Below, piece after piece: positions 28,004-37,507 of a DNA stretch of 64,000 nt. The DNA is taken from NCBI GenBank assembly GCA_964544475.1, contig CAZJBS010000006.1:106951-170950 (forward strand), written 5' to 3'. Source of the DNA: an uncultured Bacteroidota bacterium. GTDB lineage: Bacteria; CLD3; SB21. A program made the position numbers and the translations under genes. Under the pieces are notes generated by a model. That model worked only from the letters and a program-made list of their open reading frames with translations, was not told where the DNA came from and made no database searches. Each line of letters starts with the position of its first letter. Position 1 is the stretch's first letter.

Positions 28004-31000
28004 ACCTGGACGTTTCCTTGGATTGGGACGAGCTTTGATTCAGTTTTCTCAAAAAATCCACAACTTTAGAAAGTATATCGGAAGGCGCACCGCATACCGG
28101 GAACAACTCACGTCCCTTCACGACATCATACCACGGAAATCCGACGGCAATATCGACGTGGGAGCGCTCCGGTCGCAGACGGAGATTGTTGGATTGCGAA
28201 AGGACCTGATGCAGTTTGAGCTTCAATACATCGGCCGACGCTTTCGAATTGGCCAACTCCGACTCAAAGCGCAATACAAAACTGTTTTCGTCCACGACAA
28301 TCCGTTCGAACCCGAATTCCAGAGCCCGGATTTTAATTTCCATGGTCAGGAATAGATGGCGTACCTCATCGGGCATAATTCCAAATCGATCCACGAGTTC
28401 GCGCGCAATATCCTTCAGCGCCTCCAGTGTCCAGGCCTCCGAGAATTCCTTGTAAATGCGGATCCGTTCCGATTGGACGTTGACGTAGTGTTCCGGTATG
28501 AACGTATCGCAGAACACTTCCACATGGATGTCCTTTTTTGGAGCTTGTTGCCGTCGGATGGCTTGCGCCGGGACGGCCACGTCCTGCGCCTCCCGAACTT
28601 CGGCAACGGCTTCTTCCAGAATCTGCACGTACAATTCAAAACCGATCGCATTGATATAACCGCTTTGCTCAGCGCCCAGAATGTTGCCCGCTCCCCGGAT
28701 CTCCAAATCCCGCATCGCAATCAGGAATCCTGAACCCAACTCGGTGAATTCTTCAATCGCCTGAAGTTTTCTAAGAGCGTCCGACGCAAGAATATTGAAT
28801 GGCGGCGTCATCAAATAACAATAGGCCTGTTTGTCGGAACGCCCGACGCGCCCTCGCAATTGATACAACTGCGCCATGCCAAAATGATGCGCCTGATCGA
28901 CCAGGATCGTATTAACATTCGGGATGTCAATTCCGTTTTCAATGATTGCCGTGGCGACCAAAACGTCGTATTTCTTCTTCATGAAATCGTGGAGAACGTT
29001 TTCGATCTTTGACGGCGGCATTTGCCCATGAACGATGGCATAGCGGGCACGCGGTACGATCTGTCGAATGGTCTCCGCGACGCGATCTATGCTCTGAATC
29101 CTGTTGTGAACGACATACACCTGCCCTCCGCGGTCCAACTCCTGGGTGATGGCATGCCGGATCAGCGCTTCATCGAACTGGGTAATCTCCGTCTTTATTG
29201 GCAGGCGGTTTTGGGGTGGCGTGTTGATGATTGACAGATCACGGCCGCCCATGAGCGAGAAATTCAGCGTTCGCGGGATCGGCGTGGCCGTCAATGTCAG
29301 CGTGTCGACGGTGGCACGCATCTGTCGCAGTTTTTCCTTGTGCGTGACACCGAAACGCTGTTCTTCATCAATCACCAACAGGCCAAGATCTTTGAATGCC
29401 ACGTCTTTGGACAACAGACGGTGTGTACCGATGAGGATATCCACGTCACCACGGGCGGCCTTTTCCAGGACCGCCTTCTGTTCTTTGGGTGTCCGGAAAC
29501 GGGATATCACATCGACGCGAACGGCAAACTCCCGGAGGCGCTCCGAAAACGTCTCAAAATGCTGATCCGCCAGAATCGTTGTCGGAACGAGCACCGCCAC
29601 CTGCTTGTTATTCAAAACGCATTTGAAGGCCGCCCGGATCGCCACTTCGGTTTTCCCAAATCCAACATCGCCGCACACCAGACGATCCATGGGTGTGGAC
29701 GCCTCCATATCCCTCTTGATTTCGGCGGTGACATTCGTCTGGTCCGGAGTATCCTCAAATTCGAATGACGCCTCCATCTGGAATTGAAAATGCGTGTCTT
29801 CGTCAAACGCGAAACCTTGCTTGGATTTGCGTTCGGCATATAACTTGATCAGATCCTGGGCGATGTCCTTGATACTGTTTTTTGTTCGAGTTTTGACTTT
29901 GGCCCATTCGGCGGAACCCAGCTTGTTCAATTTTGGTGCCACGCCTTCTTCCGCGGAGAATTTTTGAACCCTGGCAAAGTGTTCCAATGGCACATACAGT
30001 TTGTCGCCACCCGCATAATGGAGTTTCAGACATTCCTCGGTGTGTTCTCCGGATGTGACTTTTTCCAAACCGGCATATTGGGCAATGCCGTGATCCACAT
30101 GAACGACAAAATCGCCCGGCTTAAACGCGTGAATATGTCGGAGGGCCTGCGCGCTCTTGAATTTTTTGTGGACCCTCGGTCGTTTAGTGCGGCCGAAAAT
30201 TTGATGGTCGGTCAGCACAGTGACCGGCGGGTCGGGCCAAACAAATCCCTCGTGAAGATCCCCTTCTCCGATAACATAGTCCACGCCGGATTGGATGTCG
30301 TCCGAATCCAGAAGATCGTTAAGACGCTCAACCTGTCCGGCGTTCGAACACAAGATCATGGTCGATTTGGCGTTGGCCTGCTTGCGAAGATAGTCTCTCA
30401 GCATATCGAGATGACCATTGAAAGACGGAATCGCCGTGTTGTCCATGGACCATGTATCAAAAGCGGATCGCGACAACCTGACCATTTGTACACGAATGTG
30501 TTGTCCAATTTTGGCCAACCATTCCTCCATCGAAAGAAACCGTTGCTCCGGTGATGAAACGGTGAGGGCCTGATTGTTTCGGCATTCATCAAACCGCTCC
30601 ATGATCAGGGCAAGGTAGGTCTGCAGACTGCTCTCAATCAGGACCGGCTCCCATTCCAGCACGACATCGCCGCGGCGGAAGTAATCGAGGAGACAGCCAT
30701 CCGTACCGGTCGCCTCGCCATGCGCATGCTGCGTCCGGGGATACAAGGTCAAACGGTCCACCGATTCGATCGAACGCTGATGAACGACGTCAAAAGCACG
30801 TAACGACGCGACCGTATCACCATCAAACTCGAGGCGAACAGGGTCCTTTGCTGAAAATGGATAGATGTCCACAATACCGCCTCGTATGGCAAAAGTGCCG
30901 ACCTGGCTCACGACATCATCTTTCTCATACCCCAATTCGACCAGCAACCCGCGCAGGTCGTCAAATCGAAACTTCTCCCCGGATTGAAGACGGAGTTCAT

Positions 31001-31448
31001 AGGACCTTATTGAATCCGGCGCCGGCAGTCGTTTCATCAGACTTCGTATCGTGGTCAATACGACCGCCGGAGGACCGGACACCAGGCGTTCAATGCATTC
31101 CTGACGAAGGGCCAGAAGGTTGGCGCTGACTTCACGGTCGTCAAACGGAAGCCGTTCTTCCTCGGGAAAACATACGAGGGCGTCCGATTCACGATCCGTG
31201 TCCCGTGATTCGTTCTTCATCAGCGCCGCCAGATCGTCCCAGGCGACCGCAAAGCTCTGGGCGTCCGGGACGATTATCAGCAGGTTTTTCCTCCGGGGCA
31301 GAATATGAGCGGCGACGATCGATGCCACGACGGATTGCGCCGAACCCACGACACCACTTATCGCAGCAGGTTGTTCTGCGTCGATGCGCCTTATCAGTTC
31401 CTGCATGCGGGCAGACTGGGCTATCTTTCCGGTGAGAATTCTTAGCAT
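27972..31448 (-). CDS. mfd: Transcription-repair coupling factor Mfd
   Basis: About 1160 aa with a UvrB-homology N-terminus, DEAD/H-box helicase motifs (LLVIDEEQRFGV, GRVGRS) and a TRCF C-terminal domain. Start is uncertain; the ORF track's 31508 would overlap miaB by 32 nt, so 31448 (MLRILTG) is chosen. Confidence 0.9.
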   Translation of the reverse strand: MLRILTGKIAQSARMQELIRRIDAEQPAAISGVVGSAQSVVASIVAAHILPRRKNLLIIVPDAQSFAVAWDDLAALMKNESRDTDRESDALVCFPEEERLPFDDREVSANLLALRQECIERLVSGPPAVVLTTIRSLMKRLPAPDSIRSYELRLQSGEKFRFDDLRGLLVELGYEKDDVVSQVGTFAIRGGIVDIYPFSAKDPVRLEFDGDTVASLRAFDVVHQRSIESVDRLTLYPRTQHAHGEATGTDGCLLDYFRRGDVVLEWEPVLIESSLQTYLALIMERFDECRNNQALTVSSPEQRFLSMEEWLAKIGQHIRVQMVRLSRSAFDTWSMDNTAIPSFNGHLDMLRDYLRKQANAKSTMILCSNAGQVERLNDLLDSDDIQSGVDYVIGEGDLHEGFVWPDPPVTVLTDHQIFGRTKRPRVHKKFKSAQALRHIHAFKPGDFVVHVDHGIAQYAGLEKVTSGEHTEECLKLHYAGGDKLYVPLEHFARVQKFSAEEGVAPKLNKLGSAEWAKVKTRTKNSIKDIAQDLIKLYAERKSKQGFAFDEDTHFQFQMEASFEFEDTPDQTNVTAEIKRDMEASTPMDRLVCGDVGFGKTEVAIRAAFKCVLNNKQVAVLVPTTILADQHFETFSERLREFAVRVDVISRFRTPKEQKAVLEKAARGDVDILIGTHRLLSKDVAFKDLGLLVIDEEQRFGVTHKEKLRQMRATVDTLTLTATPIPRTLNFSLMGGRDLSIINTPPQNRLPIKTEITQFDEALIRHAITQELDRGGQVYVVHNRIQSIDRVAETIRQIVPRARYAIVHGQMPPSKIENVLHDFMKKKYDVLVATAIIENGIDIPNVNTILVDQAHHFGMAQLYQLRGRVGRSDKQAYCYLMTPPFNILASDALRKLQAIEEFTELGSGFLIAMRDLEIRGAGNILGAEQSGYINAIGFELYVQILEEAVAEVREAQDVAVPAQAIRRQQAPKKDIHVEVFCDTFIPEHYVNVQSERIRIYKEFSEAWTLEALKDIARELVDRFGIMPDEVRHLFLTMEIKIRALEFGFERIVVDENSFVLRFESELANSKASADVLKLKLHQVLSQSNNLRLRPERSHVDIAVGFPWYDVVKGRELFPVCGAPSDILSKVVDFLRKLNQSSSQSKETSRYETNSLEYHS

Positions 31449-31476
31449 GAACACCTTCGGCGGGACACCCGTCCGA

Positions 31477-32931
31477 TCAGACGTATTCTCCAAACAACGA
31501 ATGACCATCGGCCCTGGAAATCCTGACCTGGACGAACTCGCCTATTTTCTTGTCTGCTCTTGGCACGATGACAATCTGGGCCTTGTCCGTCCGGGCACAA
31601 TAGAATTCGTCCGATTTCCTGCTCACTTCCTCTATCAGCACCTCCCGAACATGGCCGACTTCCGCACGAATCTTCCTCAACCCTGACTGCCGTTGAAGAT
31701 CGATGATTTCCTGCAGCCGCCGTTTCTTTTCTTCCTCCGGCACGTCGTCTTTCATGGCATACGCTTTCGTCATGGGACGAGCAGAATACTTGAACGTGAA
31801 CGCCGAATCGAAACCAACGGTTCGAAGCAAATCCAACGTCTGCCGGTGATCTTCTACGGTCTCGGTCGGAAAACCTGAGATCACATCCGTTGAGATCGCC
31901 ACATCCGGCATGTGACGCCTCGTCTTTTCAATCAAAGCCAGATATTCTTCGCGCGTGTATGTCCGGTTCATCAAATCCAGAAGGCGATTGGATCCGGATT
32001 GTACAGGCATGTGAATGTGCTTGCAGATATTCGGGTTTTCTTTGATTACACGCAGGAGTCGATCCGGAAAATCCTTGGGATGAGGGGACATGAACCGGAT
32101 ACGGCGCACGCCCGCCACATGGCTCACCGCTTCCATCAGTGCGGCAAAATCCTCGTCACCATCTCTGTACGAATTGACATTCTGCCCAAGCAGCGTGATC
32201 TCCCGGTACCCGTCCTCAACCGCCCGCCGTGCCTCGGCCACAACGCTCGCCACGGGCCGGCTGCGTTCGCGCCCCCGTGTGAACGGCACGACGCAAAATG
32301 TGCAAAAATTATCACACCCCCGCATGATGGAAATCCATGCGGTGATGCCGCCGGAACGCAACGGGGTGATGCCGTCATACAATTCCGTACGGGACAACTT
32401 CGTGTCGATCTGAATGGGCTTCAGCTGAAAGTCCCGATATTCGGTCAAATCAAAGTCGGTTTCCGACACTTGATTGACAAAACCGATTCGGTGCAAAGCG
32501 GAACTCTTTTCAGCGAGCATTTGTGGGATATTACGGTAGGAATCCGGACCAAGAACAAGATTGACGTACGGGCGCTTGCGGTGGATTTCCTCTTCGAGGT
32601 GCTTGGCCATACATCCCAGGACACCGATCACCAAAGAAGGGTTCCGTTCTTTCAACCTCTTAAATCGCGTCAATTGACCCCAGACTCTTTGTTCGGCATT
32701 CTCGCGAATGGCGCACGTATTCAGAAAAATGGCATCAGCCGATTCGGGCTCGTCCACCAGGTCGTACGACATGTCCCGCATAATACGGCCAACCAGTTCT
32801 GAATCGTATACATTCATCTGGCATCCATACGTCTCGATGTACACACGCTTTCGGGTACGGCGATCAAACCGCTCTAAAGGAGAGATGTCGTGAAGAGCGT
32901 TGATTTCTTCGAGCATGGAACCGGTCGGCAT
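31477..32931 (-). CDS. miaB: tRNA-i6A37 methylthiotransferase MiaB
   Basis: 484 aa. MTTase N-terminus (VYIETYGCQMN), radical-SAM CDNFCTFC, TRAM domain. Confidence 0.92.
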   Translation of the reverse strand: MPTGSMLEEINALHDISPLERFDRRTRKRVYIETYGCQMNVYDSELVGRIMRDMSYDLVDEPESADAIFLNTCAIRENAEQRVWGQLTRFKRLKERNPSLVIGVLGCMAKHLEEEIHRKRPYVNLVLGPDSYRNIPQMLAEKSSALHRIGFVNQVSETDFDLTEYRDFQLKPIQIDTKLSRTELYDGITPLRSGGITAWISIMRGCDNFCTFCVVPFTRGRERSRPVASVVAEARRAVEDGYREITLLGQNVNSYRDGDEDFAALMEAVSHVAGVRRIRFMSPHPKDFPDRLLRVIKENPNICKHIHMPVQSGSNRLLDLMNRTYTREEYLALIEKTRRHMPDVAISTDVISGFPTETVEDHRQTLDLLRTVGFDSAFTFKYSARPMTKAYAMKDDVPEEEKKRRLQEIIDLQRQSGLRKIRAEVGHVREVLIEEVSRKSDEFYCARTDKAQIVIVPRADKKIGEFVQVRISRADGHSLFGEYV

Positions 32932-32936
32932 TCGTC

Positions 32937-33497
32937 TTAACCGGCCTTTACGACCATGGGTTCCACGAGGCTAAGGGCAATACCGGACAACATAACTTCG
33001 GGGCCGAGTTGCGTAATATCACCTGACAACAGCGAATTATCCACGTTGGCATACAGCGAACATGCGGCGCCCTTTTCAATAATCAGGCCGGACATCTTTC
33101 CTCGTTCCATGCCAACGAACGTCACTTCCCCGAGCATCTCACTGATGACGTAGCCTGTACAGAAATGGAGTTGAAGATGGGCTGTAGGCGTATAAACGGA
33201 AATCAACGTCCCCCGCCGTTTGCCGATGGCCATATCCGGATAGATTTCCAACGTCAGCCGTCGGCCTTCGGACGGGTTGTCAAGATAGAGCCGGGAATGA
33301 TCGCCAAAATCCTGTTTTTCTATCCCCAGGCTCCTTGCGATTTTATCCACGTCGGCGGCACTCATGCGGTAGCCCTTGGAACCGCTTTTGGCAGCAATGG
33401 ACCGACCCAGCGCGGGCTTCGGGGGTTTCTTTTTGACGGCGGAACGGCGGCTGGATTTCGTACCGGCACGCTGTGTTTGGTGTTTTCTCTTCTTCAT
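32937..33497 (-). CDS. Hypothetical protein with highly basic N-terminal tail
   Basis: 186 aa. The first ~45 residues are Lys/Arg-rich (KKRKHQTQRAGTKSSRRSAVKKKPPKP), followed by a globular region with no recognisable motif. Separated by 4 to 5 nt from its neighbours in the operon. Confidence 0.45.
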   Translation of the reverse strand: MKKRKHQTQRAGTKSSRRSAVKKKPPKPALGRSIAAKSGSKGYRMSAADVDKIARSLGIEKQDFGDHSRLYLDNPSEGRRLTLEIYPDMAIGKRRGTLISVYTPTAHLQLHFCTGYVISEMLGEVTFVGMERGKMSGLIIEKGAACSLYANVDNSLLSGDITQLGPEVMLSGIALSLVEPMVVKAG

Positions 33498-33501
33498 AGA
33501 A

Positions 33502-35016
33502 TCAAATCTCTCTTCCCAACTCCTTGTCTTCTTTTCTCTCTTTTCGAATGGCTTTCGCCGCGCTTATTTCTTCCGCCAGGCGCGGAAACACATACATAGG
33601 TTTGCCGTCTTCCGTGACCGTCATTTCGCCTGCGAAATCACCCAGCATGCGATGCAACGCATCGGACACTTCCTCCGAAGTCAGCGGCTTTTCCGTCTTA
33701 GCCGCATTAACGGCGCGCAACGTCTCATCAAGGCTGATTTTCTTGTCGAGATCGTCGAACAGAACCCGCATGATCCTCTTACGGATATTGGCCTGGCGGC
33801 GCTCGCGTCGCCATCGCGCCACCTTAAAACTTCTGACAATGGGAATCAAGAAGAATATGATCGAGAAAATGAACGGCACCCACCCCAACCCAAGTGCAAT
33901 CCAGAACACGTCATAATCGGCCATGGTGTTCAGCTTTCTGATACCGACCCACACGAAAAACGACGCAAAAGCGAGGTTGAAGAGATTCATGAAAATGATG
34001 GCCGAGTTCCGTCCCCCCGTGTTCCCGGTGATTTCGAATTCCGGCTCATATTCATCCCAATAGTACTCGATCTTCCCATCCGTCACCTCCCCGGCGCCGC
34101 GTCCGATCTGGTCAAACCGACCATACACAACACCCTCATTGGATATGACAGGATCCCCTTTGAATCGGACCAGGCAATCCGAAAGGAATCGTTCCGCCTC
34201 CGAGAACTTCCATCCCGCCAGCGCCACGAGTTCTGATGGCGTGACGATGCCTTTTTCTTTTCGGAGAAATGCGGCGACTTCCTTCTCATTGTTCAATGGA
34301 TCGGTTGCCACGCGGGGCGGACCAAAAACAAAATCATAAACCGAAGAAATGAAGCTCTTCTTATTTTCATTGATCGGCGATTTCCGAGGTTCGTAAGAGC
34401 GATATCGCAACCCATCGCGATCCGTACGATAACCGATCATCGATGTGGCCGTCTGCCATCGGAAAATAGAGAAAAAGATGTTGAAAACGCTTCCGAGGTT
34501 AACCGGAGACTTCTTGCTGTCCTTGCTTTGCGACGAAGCGACAATCAGGGCGATCAGCAAAACAACAAAAATAACAAAATAAACCACCAGCGTGACCGTG
34601 ATCCAGACTTTGAAGATCACTTTGAATGCTTTCCATGCCCATTCTGCAAGGTCATCCAGTCGCTCTGGCCATGTTTTTTCACCGCGTCTTTGAAGGGAAT
34701 TTCCGAATGCGTAGATCAGGTCCCCGTTCTCTGTGACCCGCAACCGGCACACGTACCGGCTCATCATCGCATCAAGCGCTTCGCGGGCATTTTCAACGGC
34801 AAGGCCGGTCACGGCGGCCGCATCGTTGAGTGTGAAATTACCTTTGAAATCGCGGAATTTGCGTTCCAGTAGTTTGACAGCGTCTTGAATCGTCATGCGC
34901 GCAAATTGATTTTGAATAATCGGGAATATAGAGGCCTCTGAAAGTAAAAACAAGGCAAAAGGCATCCGAACGCGCCTCGACTTGTGCGCCGTTGATTTGT
35001 TCATACGTGTTTTCAT
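33502..35016 (-). CDS. Polytopic membrane protein with three copies of a ~60-aa soluble repeat (uncharacterised)
   Basis: 504 aa. The three repeats are [10 protein letters not shown]...[79 protein letters not shown], and [54 protein letters not shown], separated by three strongly hydrophobic TM helices. First gene of the minus-strand operon. The exact start among several N-terminal Met codons is uncertain. Confidence 0.55.
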   Translation of the reverse strand: MKTRMNKSTAHKSRRVRMPFALFLLSEASIFPIIQNQFARMTIQDAVKLLERKFRDFKGNFTLNDAAAVTGLAVENAREALDAMMSRYVCRLRVTENGDLIYAFGNSLQRRGEKTWPERLDDLAEWAWKAFKVIFKVWITVTLVVYFVIFVVLLIALIVASSQSKDSKKSPVNLGSVFNIFFSIFRWQTATSMIGYRTDRDGLRYRSYEPRKSPINENKKSFISSVYDFVFGPPRVATDPLNNEKEVAAFLRKEKGIVTPSELVALAGWKFSEAERFLSDCLVRFKGDPVISNEGVVYGRFDQIGRGAGEVTDGKIEYYWDEYEPEFEITGNTGGRNSAIIFMNLFNLAFASFFVWVGIRKLNTMADYDVFWIALGLGWVPFIFSIIFFLIPIVRSFKVARWRRERRQANIRKRIMRVLFDDLDKKISLDETLRAVNAAKTEKPLTSEEVSDALHRMLGDFAGEMTVTEDGKPMYVFPRLAEEISAAKAIRKERKEDKELGREI

Positions 35017-35092
35017 CTTGACAATGGACGAATGGCTGGCGTATCATTGGAAATCGCAAAACCCCATGCACTTTCACATAACCGGAGAAACC

Positions 35093-35653
35093 ATGACCGA
35101 GCTGTCCTCACTTTGGTTGCCGATTCTATTGTCGGCTGTTGGAGTTTTTGTTGTCAGTTCCATTATTCACATGGCGTTGCCCTGGCACAAAGGCGAGTAT
35201 CCGGCTCTGCCAAACCAGGACAAGATCATGGAAGCCCTGCGACCATTTGCCATACCGCCCGGCGAATACATGATGCCCAGGGCCGCGAGCCACAAGGATA
35301 TGGGCACGCCTGAATTTTCAGACAAGATCAAAAAGGGACCTGTGGGCATACTCACGATATGGACCGGCGCTTCCATGTCCATGACGCCGCAACTCATTCA
35401 ATGGTTTGTCTATTCGCTCGTCGTCAGTTTTTTTGCGGCATATGTGGCGGGTCGTGCCCTCTCTCACGAAGCGAACTACCTGCAGGTATTCCGCTTCGCA
35501 GGCGTCACCGCTTTTTTGAGTTATTCGGCGGCGCTATGGCAAATGGCCATTTGGTACAAGAGATCCTGGGCGGCGACCATGACGAGCACTTTTGACGGGC
35601 TCATCTATGCACTCGTGACCGCCGGTTTTTTTGGATGGCTGTGGCCACGCTAG
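35093..35653 (+). CDS. Hypothetical integral membrane protein
   Basis: Start placed at the ATG preceded by GGAG ([21 protein letters not shown]...). About 187 aa with about 4 TM helices. Divergent from the triple-repeat membrane protein gene. Confidence 0.5.
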   Translation: MTELSSLWLPILLSAVGVFVVSSIIHMALPWHKGEYPALPNQDKIMEALRPFAIPPGEYMMPRAASHKDMGTPEFSDKIKKGPVGILTIWTGASMSMTPQLIQWFVYSLVVSFFAAYVAGRALSHEANYLQVFRFAGVTAFLSYSAALWQMAIWYKRSWAATMTSTFDGLIYALVTAGFFGWLWPR

Positions 35654-35776
35654 GGCGCGGTGATGGCCGTCATGGCGTTTCCAACCGGTTGGAGGTGCTG
35701 GCGAAGCGATATTGGTTCCGCCCGCGATATGAAGGCCTTTCTGCGGCACGGTTGAGCGTTAGCGGCGGATAATGTC

Positions 35777-36487
35777 ATGTGTGGCAGATTCACAGTTACC
35801 CGATCACTGCAGGAAATCCACGACCGATTCGAATTTCCCGATGAGGACGCGCAAAAGGCCGCCGATCTTTTTTCACCGAATTACAACATTGCTCCAACGG
35901 ACCCCGTTCCGGTCATTTATCACGATGGCAACCATTTTCGGCTTGAGATCATGCGCTGGGGACTGCTGCCACCTTGGACGAAAAATGAGCGGGCCGGCCC
36001 GCCGCTCATAAATGCCCGGGATGATACGCTGGCCGAAAAGCCGGCGTTTCGTGATGGCCTGGCCACACAGCGCTGTTTGATCGTGGCTGACAGTTTTTAT
36101 GAATGGCAGACGGTCGGAAAGTCCAAGAGGCCCTTTCGATTCCTCATGTCGGACGCAAGGCTTTTTGCGTTTGCCGGACTCTACGCGCGATGGTTAAGAC
36201 CGGATACAGGCGCATCCGTGCCAAGTTGTACGATTATTACGACTCAGCCCAACGCGCTCGTGGAGAGAATTCACAACCGCATGCCGGTTATCCTGCCTCG
36301 GGCGTCTGAATCAAACTGGCTGGACCCCGTCCTGCAATCGTATGATGACATCCGGTCATTCCTTCGACCTTTGGACGAGGGCCTTATGAAACAATACCCT
36401 GTCAGCCCGGCTGTCAACTCGGTCAAAAACAAAGGATCTCACCTGATCGATCCCGTTGAAAGCGACGATCTTTTTAGTGATCCCTGA
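35777..36487 (+). CDS. yedK: SOS-response-associated peptidase (SRAP / YedK / HMCES family; abasic-site processing protein)
   Basis: 236 aa beginning MCGRF (Cys2 nucleophile), with a conserved SFYEW core and a C-terminal His region. Confidence 0.85.
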   Translation: MCGRFTVTRSLQEIHDRFEFPDEDAQKAADLFSPNYNIAPTDPVPVIYHDGNHFRLEIMRWGLLPPWTKNERAGPPLINARDDTLAEKPAFRDGLATQRCLIVADSFYEWQTVGKSKRPFRFLMSDARLFAFAGLYARWLRPDTGASVPSCTIITTQPNALVERIHNRMPVILPRASESNWLDPVLQSYDDIRSFLRPLDEGLMKQYPVSPAVNSVKNKGSHLIDPVESDDLFSDP

Positions 36488-36573
36488 TTTGTCCGCCCGT
36501 TGACATCTTCCGGAGGATGCTGTACATTGGCTCGTCAAAACCCACCCTGGCATAACACATATCGAAAGGCCGC

Positions 36574-37506
36574 GTGATGCGCTCGTCAACCATGATCATT
36601 GTCTTCTGCGTCGCATTTTTAAGTTCATGCGGCACTTTTTCGGATCAACAGCCCGCCACGGTAATGGAAAAGGACGTGGTTCCCCCACCCCCCAAACCAC
36701 TTGACCACAGAATGGCCGCAGGCACATCCGGCATGAAATCTGAACTGTCAAAAGACATGGAAGATGACCGCGGGGCGTCCATGCAATTTGGCGCCATGGC
36801 CAGAACGGCCTCGGCCATTCACGCTCGCATGATCATCAAGACCGGCGAATTGACCATTGAAGTCGAAAAATACGATCCCAGCACGGCCGAAATCCAGAGA
36901 CTGACAGAGCAATGGGGCGGTTTCGTGTCCAGTTCCACGACGGAAATTCCGTATGAAAACGTCAGAACAGGCACATGGATTTTACGCATTCCCGCTGAAA
37001 AATTTGAATCAGCTCTTTCTGAGGTAAAGAAACTGGCCAGCAAGCTCGAAAAGGAAAGCGTTGAGGGTCAGGATGTTACGGAGGAATTCTACGATCTGGA
37101 GGCGAGGCTCCAAAATAAGTTATTGGAGGAAAAGCAGGTTCGTGACATTCTCCGTAGAGCCGGCACAATTCACGATGTTCTCGAAGTGCAACGCGAACTC
37201 AGCAACATCCGTGAGCAGATCGAACGATTTGATGGTCGCAAAAAATTTCTGATGGACCAATCCGGGTTATCAACCCTCACGGTTCGACTCCACGAAGCCT
37301 ATCCGATTACCGTCAGTTCCAGCGGTGGATTCTGGGCGACGATTGGAAGCGGATTTTCCAATGGCGTCCGCGGCTTTGCCAATGTCCTCAGCGGAACCAT
37401 CGCATTCCTGATTGCAGGTCTGCCGGTCTTCGTGCTGATCGCCGTAATTATTTGGTTGCTGGTGCGTCTATTTCGAAGAATACTGACAAAGAAACCGGTC
37501 TCCTGA
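36574..37506 (+). CDS. DUF4349-domain lipoprotein with C-terminal TM anchor
   Basis: 310 aa. Lipobox FLSSC. Coiled-coil central region (EEFYDLEARLQNKLLEEKQVRDIL..VLEVQRELSNIREQIE) typical of DUF4349. C-terminal TM. Confidence 0.6.
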   Translation: MMRSSTMIIVFCVAFLSSCGTFSDQQPATVMEKDVVPPPPKPLDHRMAAGTSGMKSELSKDMEDDRGASMQFGAMARTASAIHARMIIKTGELTIEVEKYDPSTAEIQRLTEQWGGFVSSSTTEIPYENVRTGTWILRIPAEKFESALSEVKKLASKLEKESVEGQDVTEEFYDLEARLQNKLLEEKQVRDILRRAGTIHDVLEVQRELSNIREQIERFDGRKKFLMDQSGLSTLTVRLHEAYPITVSSSGGFWATIGSGFSNGVRGFANVLSGTIAFLIAGLPVFVLIAVIIWLLVRLFRRILTKKPVS

Positions 37507-37507
37507 C

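Noticed and set aside
33376-34236. 286-aa plus-strand ORF
   Set aside because: Antisense to the triple-repeat membrane protein gene. Repetitive low-complexity translation.
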